From an uncultured Candidatus Peribacteria bacterium (lineage in GTDB: Bacteria; Patescibacteriota; Gracilibacteria; Peribacterales; Peribacteraceae): a stretch of DNA of 64,000 nt. A program made the position numbers and the translations under genes. Below are positions 35,795 to 43,572 of this stretch, piece after piece. Below the pieces are notes generated by a model. That model made no database searches. It had not been told where the DNA came from and was given only the letters and a program-made list of their open reading frames with translations. How positions within the stretch are numbered: the stretch's first letter is position 1; each line of letters begins with the position of its first letter. The stretch covers positions 115,768 to 179,767 of the forward strand of contig CAZCFO010000002.1 in assembly GCA_964497975.1 (NCBI GenBank), given 5' to 3'.

Positions 35795-37657
35795 ATGTTT
35801 TCGTCTGTCTGCCGCCGATTCCTCGCTGTTTCCCTGGCGCTCCCCCTCGTCCTCCCGCTGAGTGCGGTGGTAACCGTCGCCGAGCATGCCCATGCGGACT
35901 ACACCGACTGCAGTGACGGCATCGACAACGACGGCGACCGCCGGATCGATTACCCCGAAGATCCCGAGTGCTCCTCCATCAACGACACGACGGAGGACTA
36001 CAACCCCGGCATCTTCGTGACCGTCACGGACAACCGCGACCAGATCAACCCGAGCGGCGCCCTCACGTACGTCATCACGCTCAAGCAGCAGCGCGACCCC
36101 GTGGCGCTCGTCGACGTGTCGTTTCATGTTCCCGCGCAGCATTCCATCGTCTCCACGAGCGATGACGGCTCCATCGTCCCCGGCACGGTGCACTGGACGA
36201 AGGTCGCCGTGTTCAAGGACAACGTGCGCCGCCTGCAGGTGCACGTCGCCGTGAGCCCCCATGCGGGCCGCGGTCAGCTGATCGTCGCCCAGGTGAGCGC
36301 GGGCAACAACCAGTCAACCGACACCACGATGATCAACCCGCAGAACGTCCTCCCTTACCCGCAGAACCAGCTGCAGGTGACGGTGAGCGACCACCGCGAC
36401 AACGCGCTCGGCGGCGATATCCTCGATTACGTCATCACGGTCAAGAACCCCGAGCCGAACCCCGCCACGTTCCACGTGCAGGCGACGATCCCGCCCGCGC
36501 TGCAGATGATGGATGCCCAGGGCGCCGACCGCATGGGCGACCGCCTCGTCTGGCAGAACATCACCCTCAACCCCGGGCAGGAGCGCGCCTTCGTCTTCCG
36601 CGCCTCCGTGCACAACCAGGTTCCCAACCGCTATCCGATCCAGGTGGTGGCGCGCGCCGGCAATGTCGTCGCGACCGACCGCACGATCGTCGGCTCCGGC
36701 GGCGCGGGCCCGTACTCCCTCTTCGGCACCATCACCGACAACCGGGATGTCGCCGAGCGCGGCGACCTGCTCACCTACCGCATCCACGTCGACAACACGT
36801 CCGGCCGCCTCGAGACGGGCGCCAACATCGACGCCGCCATCCCCAACTACGTCGAATTCGTTTCGGCGACGGAAGGCGGAACGCTCGACAACCGCAACGT
36901 CCGCTGGCTCCGCACGATCGTCGCCCCGGGCAGCAGCCGCGACCTGAGCTTCACGGTCCGCGTGCGCACCGACGCCCCCGATCGCGCCCTCCTGCGCGCC
37001 ACGGCCACCATCCAGGGCGCCACGGCCAGCGACATCACGGAGGTCGGCGGCGGCCAGTACAGCTACGGCTCGTACATTTCGTCGTCCCGCGGCACCGGCT
37101 ACGGCACCCCCGGATCCCTTTCGGTCCGAAAGACCTCCGATAACCGCGCCGCCTACCCGGGCAGCACGGTCTCGTACACGCTGACAGTCCGCAACGCCGA
37201 CGGCGGCGAGCTCCGCAACGTGGCGGTCACCGATAACTTCAACCCGTCCGACTTCGTCGTCACGGACGCCGGCGCCGGCAACGTCGAGCAGGGCCGCATC
37301 GCCTGGAACATTGACACGCTCCGCCCCGGCGAGACCCGTTCCTTCCGCTACACCGGGCGCATCGCGCGCGTCGGCGGCGATTCCCTCGTCAACACCGCCC
37401 AGGCCTACACCGCGGACCTCGATTACGCCGCCATGGCGGGTTCCAACGTCGCGGTCTACGACGGTTACCACGGCGACTACCTGATGCCCCAGACGGGCGC
37501 CGGTGATTTCTTCGGCCCGATCGAAAACACCGCTCAGTTTCTCACGCCCGTGAGCGCGGCGACGGAGGGCAACGCCCTGCCGCTTCTTCTCTGGATTGCT
37601 TTGATTGTTGGAGGCGTGGCTGTGGGAGGTGTGGCAAGCAAGAAGTTCATCGTCTGA
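35795..37657 (+). CDS. secreted surface protein with a DNDGD module, DUF11-like repeats and an MPQTG-type extended signal
   Basis: Signal peptide. CSDGIDNDGDRRIDYPEDPEC. Repeats GALTYVITLKQQRD, GDILDYVITVKNPEPN, GDLLTYRIHVDNTSG and GSTVSYTLTVRNADGGELRNVAVTDNF. C-terminus MPQTGAGDF..IENT..FL.P, then a TM segment and KK. Confidence 0.75.
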   Translation: MFSSVCRRFLAVSLALPLVLPLSAVVTVAEHAHADYTDCSDGIDNDGDRRIDYPEDPECSSINDTTEDYNPGIFVTVTDNRDQINPSGALTYVITLKQQRDPVALVDVSFHVPAQHSIVSTSDDGSIVPGTVHWTKVAVFKDNVRRLQVHVAVSPHAGRGQLIVAQVSAGNNQSTDTTMINPQNVLPYPQNQLQVTVSDHRDNALGGDILDYVITVKNPEPNPATFHVQATIPPALQMMDAQGADRMGDRLVWQNITLNPGQERAFVFRASVHNQVPNRYPIQVVARAGNVVATDRTIVGSGGAGPYSLFGTITDNRDVAERGDLLTYRIHVDNTSGRLETGANIDAAIPNYVEFVSATEGGTLDNRNVRWLRTIVAPGSSRDLSFTVRVRTDAPDRALLRATATIQGATASDITEVGGGQYSYGSYISSSRGTGYGTPGSLSVRKTSDNRAAYPGSTVSYTLTVRNADGGELRNVAVTDNFNPSDFVVTDAGAGNVEQGRIAWNIDTLRPGETRSFRYTGRIARVGGDSLVNTAQAYTADLDYAAMAGSNVAVYDGYHGDYLMPQTGAGDFFGPIENTAQFLTPVSAATEGNALPLLLWIALIVGGVAVGGVASKKFIV

Positions 37658-37674
37658 ATCCCGTATGACGTATC

Positions 37675-37743
37675 ATGAATTATGGATGTCCGAGAGGGCA
37701 TCCCTAATTCATACTACGTAATACGTAATACATAATACGTAAT
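37675..37743. terminator. hairpin plus 7-nt tandem repeat between convergent genes
   Basis: ATGAATTATGGATG (37675-37688) pairs with CATCCCTAATTCAT (37699-37712) with 1 mismatch. This is followed by ACGTAAT, ACGTAAT, ACATAAT, ACGTAAT at 37716-37743, abutting the pth stop. Confidence 0.5.
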
Positions 37744-38301
37744 TCATTCGACCGCCTTCTCCATCACAAACGTCTTCACCGTCTCCGGCAGCGTCTTCAG
37801 CATGTCCTCAATCCCCTTCCTCTCCTCCGCGGGTGGCACGCTCAGAACCCAGGCAGCCAGCTCCTCCCCTTTCGGATGCGATCCGCCGATGCCCAGCCGC
37901 AGACGGGGGAATTCCTCCCCCAGCACCACCACGACCGACCGCAGGCCGTTGTGGGTGCCCGCTCCGCCCTTCATGCGCAGGCGCGCTTCACCCAACGGCA
38001 GGTCGAGATCATCGGACACCACCAGGATCTGTTCGCGGGGGTTGAGCTTGTAGAATTCCACCAGCTTGCGGATGCACTCCCCGGAGCGGTTGACGAACGT
38101 GAGGGGCTTCACCAGCAGCACGGGAACCGTGACGATGCGCGCCTCCTGCGCGACGCACTGGAATTTCTGCGTTTCCTTCCACGGGCCCTCGCCGTACGTG
38201 CCGGACAGGACATCGATCGCCTGGAAGCCCACGTTGTGCCGGGTGTTCTCGTACTGCTTCCCCGGATTGCCGATACCGATGATGATCAAATGGGGCTTCA
38301 T
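37744..38301 (-). CDS. pth: peptidyl-tRNA hydrolase
   Basis: IIGIGNPGKQYENTRHNVGF, 185 aa. Confidence 0.9.
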   Translation of the reverse strand: MKPHLIIIGIGNPGKQYENTRHNVGFQAIDVLSGTYGEGPWKETQKFQCVAQEARIVTVPVLLVKPLTFVNRSGECIRKLVEFYKLNPREQILVVSDDLDLPLGEARLRMKGGAGTHNGLRSVVVVLGEEFPRLRLGIGGSHPKGEELAAWVLSVPPAEERKGIEDMLKTLPETVKTFVMEKAVE

Positions 38302-38305
38302 GGGG

Positions 38306-38980
38306 TCAGGCCTTGGGCAGGCCGATGCGGCTGGAGCTGAAGGCTTTTTTGGTCGGCCGCGACGGCACGGGCTTTTCGTCCGTCGACAGAGCCGGCTTCG
38401 ATCCCTTCAGGGCGCTCTCCTGGATATGTCCGGCGACGAAATCCGACAGCAGCGTCTGGATGTGCTTGGCGTTCTTCATGTTCTTGGAATGCAGGTAGCC
38501 CTCCATGTTGCGCAGGATTTCGGATTCGACGCGGCGCGGGTTGGGCACCTGTGCCACCGAGATGGCCGAGCCGGTGGAAATCTTCTCGATCGATACCGAC
38601 CCGTAGCGCAGCAGGGTGCCCAGGACTCCCTGGATCTCGTAACTGACGCCCTGGATGTCGCTATAGAGGATGCGGGCGGACTGCCGGTGAAACCATCCCT
38701 TCCATTCGAGATCGATGATCCCGTGATCAGTGATGATCCAGGCGTCGAGGTAATAATCGAAAAAATTCCGGGACAGCCACAGAAGCGACAACCCCTCCCA
38801 CAGCAGGCCCGTGACCAGCGCGGTCTGCGAATGGCGCAGCACCAGCAGGGCCGCTGCTGCAAGAAACGAAGCGGCGGGCAGCGCGAGAACCCGCAGGCCC
38901 AGCAGCCAGTGCCGGTGCACGATCATCCGGACGTGCTCGTCGTCCTCCAGATGCTTATGAAACAGCAGGGAATCCAGCAT
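38306..38980 (-). CDS. membrane protein with a bacterial PH (YdbS/YdbT-like) domain
   Basis: Two N-terminal helices followed by ITDHGIIDLEWKGWFHRQSARILYSDIQGVSYEIQGVLGTLLRYGSVSIE. Trimmed to the ATG at 38980. Confidence 0.55.
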   Translation of the reverse strand: MLDSLLFHKHLEDDEHVRMIVHRHWLLGLRVLALPAASFLAAAALLVLRHSQTALVTGLLWEGLSLLWLSRNFFDYYLDAWIITDHGIIDLEWKGWFHRQSARILYSDIQGVSYEIQGVLGTLLRYGSVSIEKISTGSAISVAQVPNPRRVESEILRNMEGYLHSKNMKNAKHIQTLLSDFVAGHIQESALKGSKPALSTDEKPVPSRPTKKAFSSSRIGLPKA

Positions 38981-39050
38981 GGCCCCCAGTGTACATCTAT
39001 CGCGCAAAGTGCTGTACACAAGCGGGATGGCACTCCTACAATTCCCGGGC

Positions 39051-39677
39051 ATGCGCATCCAAAAACACGGTTTCTGGTATCACCTGCTCGACGTTCTGTT
39101 CAACATCGTCGTGATCGTGGCCATTGTGGCGGCAATCAGGACGTTCCTCGTCTCCCCCTTCCAGGTGGAAGGCAGCTCGATGGTGGATACCCTCGCCGAC
39201 AAGGAATACATCATCATCAACAAATTCGCCTACCTTGCGGGCGATCCCAGGCGCGGCGACGTGGTGGTGTTCCGGCCTCCCAACGATCCGGACAAATATT
39301 ACGTGAAGCGAGTCATCGGCATGCCGGGCGACAAGGTGATCATCCGCGACGGGTTCGTGTACCTGCAGACCCCCGACGACACGACCGAGAGGAAAATCGA
39401 CGAATCCTCGTACCTCAATTCGCGCAATATCGGCCAGACGTATCGGCACCCGCCCAGCAGCGGCGACAAGACGCCCGAAGTCTACGAGGTTCCGGCGGAC
39501 CAGTATTTCCTCCTGGGCGACAACCGCCAGGGCAGCCTGGATTCGCGGAGCTTCATGACCGAAAGCGGCAAGCCCGTGCCGTTCGTCGCCGATGCCGAAA
39601 TCAAGGGGCGCGTCTGGTTTATCGCTTTGCCCATCACCAAGATTCACGCGATCGAGGCGCCGGAGTACGGCATCTGA
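39051..39677 (+). CDS. lepB: signal peptidase I
   Basis: Catalytic Ser context VEGSSMVDTL, KRVIGMPGD, LLGDNRQGSLDSR. Trimmed to the ATG at 39051; alternative at 39027. Confidence 0.85.
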   Translation: MRIQKHGFWYHLLDVLFNIVVIVAIVAAIRTFLVSPFQVEGSSMVDTLADKEYIIINKFAYLAGDPRRGDVVVFRPPNDPDKYYVKRVIGMPGDKVIIRDGFVYLQTPDDTTERKIDESSYLNSRNIGQTYRHPPSSGDKTPEVYEVPADQYFLLGDNRQGSLDSRSFMTESGKPVPFVADAEIKGRVWFIALPITKIHAIEAPEYGI

Positions 39678-39693
39678 AACCCGATCCAGCCGC

Positions 39694-40032
39694 TCACCGC
39701 GTGAATGTGCGGACGGCCGGCCTCTGGATGGCGCGCGGAGCCTGGAAGCTGCGCGACTGCGCCGCCGCTGCGGACTCGCGCATTTTCTGCAGACGCATCA
39801 TGGGGATCATCCGCTGCGAGCTGAGTGAGGCCGCATTGCGCAACGGGGGCCGGGTCGTCGTCACTGCCGGGCGAGTCACACTGCGTCCGGAGATGCCTGA
39901 CGGCTGCCGGACCGTCTGCGCCGTCATGGACTGTGCGTACGACAGCACCGCGCCGAGGGACGCGAGAGAGATGGCGAACACGGCTGTCAGGATCTGGATG
40001 CGAAGCGCGTGAACATTCTGGAGCGAGGTCAT
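39694..40032 (-). CDS. hypothetical small secreted or membrane protein
   Basis: 112-aa ORF with the N-terminal hydrophobic segment ILTAVFAISLASLGAVLSYA. A good promoter lies upstream. Otherwise a 500-nt gap would be non-coding. Composition is Ala/Arg/Ser-rich, so it is uncertain. Confidence 0.35.
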   Translation of the reverse strand: MTSLQNVHALRIQILTAVFAISLASLGAVLSYAQSMTAQTVRQPSGISGRSVTRPAVTTTRPPLRNAASLSSQRMIPMMRLQKMRESAAAAQSRSFQAPRAIQRPAVRTFTR

Positions 40033-40061
40033 AGAGAGAATGGATGTGGATATATGAAGCT

Positions 40062-40089
40062 ATTATACAATATTTAAAATATTTAGCAA
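40062..40089 (-). promoter_or_regulatory. putative promoter (TTGCTA-16-TATAAT on the minus strand)
   Basis: Read on the minus strand in the AT-rich gap upstream of 40032. Confidence 0.35.
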
Positions 40090-40130
40090 ATTCATTCGTG
40101 TCAACGCAGAAGAAGCGCCTCTCGATTCTC

Positions 40131-40158
40131 TTGCGGCAAACGTGCCATACGCTACAAT
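40131..40158 (+). promoter_or_regulatory. putative promoter of secE-nusG (TTGCGG-16-TACAAT)
   Basis: Hexamers at 40131-40136 and 40153-40158, 39 nt upstream of the secE ATG. Confidence 0.4.
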
Positions 40159-40197
40159 AGGAACGGCCCTCGGGGCTTTTTTCATATCACCCGCACA

Positions 40198-40392
40198 ATG
40201 TTTACCGCCGTCTCCACGTACATCAATGGCGCGATCCAGGAGCTCGAGCTCGTCCGCTGGCCCACGCGCCAGCAGGCGGTCCGTCTTTCCGTGATCGTTT
40301 CGATTTTCACCGTTGTCTCGGCTGTGTTGTTCGGCGCCGTGGACTTCATCCTCAACCGATCACTCCACTTCCTCCTTTCCATCACCCTCTGA
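40198..40392 (+). CDS. secE: preprotein translocase subunit SecE
   Basis: 64 aa. ELELVRWPTRQQAVRLSVIVSIFTVVSAVLFGAVDFIL is the typical SecE KV.WP motif plus a single TM. Lies directly upstream of nusG. Confidence 0.75.
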   Translation: MFTAVSTYINGAIQELELVRWPTRQQAVRLSVIVSIFTVVSAVLFGAVDFILNRSLHFLLSITL

Positions 40393-40393
40393 T

Positions 40394-40939
40394 ATGGGCA
40401 AGCAGGATCCACGCGCAGGGCGCAACTGGTACGTGCTGCACACGTATTCCGGCTACGAAGACAGCGTCAAGCAGGCTCTCGAGCAGCGCATTGAGTCTCT
40501 CGGCATGCAGGATTACATCTACACGGTGATGGTGCCCAAGGAGAAGCAGCTTGTGTTCAAAAAGGGCGAGCCGGTCGAGGAGGAAAAGAAGCTCTTTCCG
40601 GGCTACGTCCTCGTCAACATGGTCGTGACCGATGAGAGCTGGTACGTCGTCCGCAACACGCCCAACGTCACGGGTTTCGTCGGCTCCGGCAACATCCCGG
40701 TCGCCGTGAGCCCCGAGGAATTCGGCGTCATCGAGCGCCGCATCGGCGAGGAACAGGCCAAATTCCGCAGCGACTTCCAGGTGGGCGATCTCGTGGTGAT
40801 CATCGACGGACCCTTCAAGAACTACGAGGGCAGCGTCCAGAGCGTCGACGTGAACAAGGGCAAGCTGAACGTCGCCGTTCTCATCTTCGACCGCGAGACA
40901 CCCGTGGAACTGGATTTCACCCAGGTGAAGAAGAAATAA
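40394..40939 (+). CDS. nusG: transcription termination/antitermination factor NusG
   Basis: NWYVLHTYSGYE (NGN domain) and KOW motif GDLVVIIDGPFKNYEGSV. Trimmed to the ATG at 40394. Confidence 0.9.
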   Translation: MGKQDPRAGRNWYVLHTYSGYEDSVKQALEQRIESLGMQDYIYTVMVPKEKQLVFKKGEPVEEEKKLFPGYVLVNMVVTDESWYVVRNTPNVTGFVGSGNIPVAVSPEEFGVIERRIGEEQAKFRSDFQVGDLVVIIDGPFKNYEGSVQSVDVNKGKLNVAVLIFDRETPVELDFTQVKKK

Positions 40940-40997
40940 CGTTGCATTCCTGGGCTGCTGTGGCAGGATTCGCGCCTTTTGCGAATCACATTGCGGT

Positions 40998-41495
40998 ATG
41001 GAACTGGGACCCCTCCAGCAGCGGCAGTACATGGATCCCCGGCACATCAAGGAGGTGATGCTGATGATCCACAAGGCGTCCGATATGCCCTTCGGCGATG
41101 CTGTTGATCTCAGCGATAAACCCGATCTGGAAGCGTTGCTGGGCACGCTCGGAAAAATGTGCGCATCCATTGAGCCCGATATGGACAGAATCAACAGGTT
41201 CCTGTTGCTCAATCGCGAGTACCCGGGCTTTCTGGAGACAGCGAAAGCAATCGTCTCTTCGTGCAGGGAGACGAATATGATTGAAAGCATGGGCCTGGTG
41301 GAGATCTCTCTGCAGAGATATTTTCATACTCTGCTCATGGAAGCCGGTGCATATTCGGAGGAGGTCCAGGCGGAAATCGAATCGGTTCCCCTGCACTCCC
41401 CGTTCTACAATTTGATGATCATTATTCGAAACATGTACCGCGACCGGCTTGCCCGCGGCAACGAAAACGAGGACGGGGAAGAGTTGGTTGCCTGA
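40998..41495 (+). CDS. hypothetical protein
   Basis: 165-aa ORF, more protein-like than the overlapping minus-strand ORF 40986..41396. No motif recognised. Confidence 0.45.
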   Translation: MELGPLQQRQYMDPRHIKEVMLMIHKASDMPFGDAVDLSDKPDLEALLGTLGKMCASIEPDMDRINRFLLLNREYPGFLETAKAIVSSCRETNMIESMGLVEISLQRYFHTLLMEAGAYSEEVQAEIESVPLHSPFYNLMIIIRNMYRDRLARGNENEDGEELVA

Positions 41496-41512
41496 TTCTG
41501 TATCATTCCATC

Positions 41513-41779
41513 ATGCCTGCACGTCACCTGCTGATCACCGGTATCGTACAGGGCGTGTTTTTCCGTGCTGAGACGAGGAAGAAGGCGCAGGAACTTAGCC
41601 TCGCCGGTTGGGTCCGCAACCTTGCCGATGGATCCGTCGAGGCGCATGCCCAAGGGCCGGACGACGCCCTCGATCAACTGGAGCAGTGGTGCCGGCGCGG
41701 ACCGCCGCGCGCGCGGGTGGATGACCTCGTCGTTACGCCTGCGGAGGAGACGACGTCGGATGTATTTGAGATCCTCTGA
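41513..41779 (+). CDS. acyP: acylphosphatase
   Basis: ITGIVQGVFFR...GWVRNLADGSVE, 88 aa. Confidence 0.8.
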   Translation: MPARHLLITGIVQGVFFRAETRKKAQELSLAGWVRNLADGSVEAHAQGPDDALDQLEQWCRRGPPRARVDDLVVTPAEETTSDVFEIL

Positions 41780-43136
41780 TTTTCCGCATGAGCAAGACAC
41801 CGAGCACCGATGCCTGCAGGACCTGCCCGATGGAGTAGCCCAGCGGCAACGAGAACATGCCAAGCCTGTCTGTAAGGAAGTACGCGATGCCGACCGAGCC
41901 GACGGCGCAGACGACCACGAGAATCGCAGGCGTCACCGTGTCTTTGTAGGCATAGAAGCCGCGAAGCAGAAGATGCGACGCACTCTCGAACGGCGCGCTC
42001 AGCGCGTATACGATGAGGGCAATGCGGAAAACCGGGTACCACGCATTCGCATTGAGGTGCACGAGCCACGCCGCAAACGGCGCCACGACGATCAGGAGGA
42101 TGCTGGCGGGAATGATCAGCAAAAACATCATGCCGAGTCCCTTCTCCACGTAAATCCGGAAGCGCTGCACTTCGCCCTTGGCCGCCGCCTGGCTCATCAG
42201 CGAGTACGCCGACTGCGCGAGCGCGATGCCCGCGACCCCCACGAGGACGCTCTGGAAATTCCTCGTGTACGCGTTGATGGTGATGGATCCCGCGTCGAGT
42301 CCGGAGGCGATGGTATCGAAGAGGAGCAGCTGGAGCTGCAGCGCTCCCAGCGCGAACATGCGCGGCAACATCAGGAATCCCATGGAGTTGAGATCGGGAT
42401 GCCAGAGTGACCGCGGGACGCGGTATCCGTAATGAAAAACCGCGCCCATGCGGAACAGGACATAGGCAATCGCGCCGCCGACCGTGCCCAGCATCGGGCC
42501 ATAGACCCCCGCATACGGCGTGAGGAAAATCGTACCCATAATCGTGCCCGTCGTGTAGAGCACCGGGGTCAGCCCGTACACCCAGTAGCGCTGCTCGGTG
42601 ATCAGGTATTGCCCGAACGCGTTGCCGAACACGAAGAGGAAATTCGTGAACAGCGCGAGCTGACCGAAGCGGATGTAGAGGTCGAGCTGCTCGCCCGTGA
42701 ATCTGACGAGGTACTGCGCCACCCACGGAAAACCGATGCTGAGCGCGAGGCCGATGAATCCGAACAACGCGCCACCCATGAGCATCGTTCCCGTCAACAC
42801 CTTGTCGATCTCCTGCCGGCGTCCGTGTGCTTTGTGCGCGGCGAGAATCGGCACGAAGACCGTCCCCAAGGCCGACATGATGCAGATCTGAAACAGGAGA
42901 TCGCTCGGGCGGAACGCGGCCACGTACACGTCCACGACGCCGAGCCCGGGAAACGTCCGCGCCAGAAGATTGTCGCGGATCAACCCCGCAAAAGACGCCC
43001 CAAACTGCGTCGCGGCGAGGACGATTGCTCCGCCCATCAGGCGGTTTTGCTGGAGGAATGCAGGCAGTCGCACGGGGGACAGTGTACCCGCGCAACAGGA
43101 AAAAAAACTCCCGGGCCTCCCGTTTTTGCAGGACAT
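41733..43136 (-). CDS. murJ: lipid II flippase MurJ (MviN family)
   Basis: LAATQFGASFAGLIRDNLLARTFPGLGVVDVYVAAFRPSDLLFQI is a typical MurJ N-terminus, with about 12-14 helices. The start is uncertain: ATG at 43136 chosen, ATG at 43037 possible. Confidence 0.7.
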   Translation of the reverse strand: MSCKNGRPGSFFSCCAGTLSPVRLPAFLQQNRLMGGAIVLAATQFGASFAGLIRDNLLARTFPGLGVVDVYVAAFRPSDLLFQICIMSALGTVFVPILAAHKAHGRRQEIDKVLTGTMLMGGALFGFIGLALSIGFPWVAQYLVRFTGEQLDLYIRFGQLALFTNFLFVFGNAFGQYLITEQRYWVYGLTPVLYTTGTIMGTIFLTPYAGVYGPMLGTVGGAIAYVLFRMGAVFHYGYRVPRSLWHPDLNSMGFLMLPRMFALGALQLQLLLFDTIASGLDAGSITINAYTRNFQSVLVGVAGIALAQSAYSLMSQAAAKGEVQRFRIYVEKGLGMMFLLIIPASILLIVVAPFAAWLVHLNANAWYPVFRIALIVYALSAPFESASHLLLRGFYAYKDTVTPAILVVVCAVGSVGIAYFLTDRLGMFSLPLGYSIGQVLQASVLGVLLMRKIRGSQIHPTSSPPQA

Positions 43137-43572
43137 GGGCCTGCTGTAGAATCCCCCGCTATGGAAATGACCACGACCGCCCAGGAGCGCCCCGCTGCGG
43201 TCACTGATGATCAACGGCTGGAACAGCTGAAGGAAAAAATCTTTTCCGGCAAACAGCTGCTGCGATCCATGGATGCATCGGCCCACCGGCACTGCATTGC
43301 GCTGCTCCTTGGGGGAATGCAGTACTTCGGGCAGATGGAGATCACAGCCGCACTGGTGGCCGCGTATTCCGCCGGGTCGTACGGATGCGGCGTCGTGACC
43401 CGCATGCGGGTACGTTCACTCTTACAGGAAAAGAGGCAGATCCTGACAGCACGAAGACAGGCCAGAGGCGCCTAGTCACGCGCAGGCGGCGGCTCGCCCA
43501 TTGTGTTTTGCCAGGCTCGCGAAGATTGCGTATTGTTCCCTTATAGAAGTCCCCACGCTCCATTTTTCGGCA

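Noticed and set aside
24659-37657. Calling the locus a Gram-positive-type sortase-assembled pilus operon.
   Set aside because: No ORF in the window shows a sortase signature such as a TLxTC active-site motif. Only 3 of the 5 proteins have an LPXTG-like tail, and that tail is atypical. I found no YPKN-like pilin motif by eye.
40166-40182. Small hairpin (GCCC-tcg-GGGC) followed by TTTTTT in the secE leader, considered as a possible attenuator.
   Set aside because: The stem is only 4 bp with a 3-nt loop, too weak to call a terminator without folding energies or transcript data.
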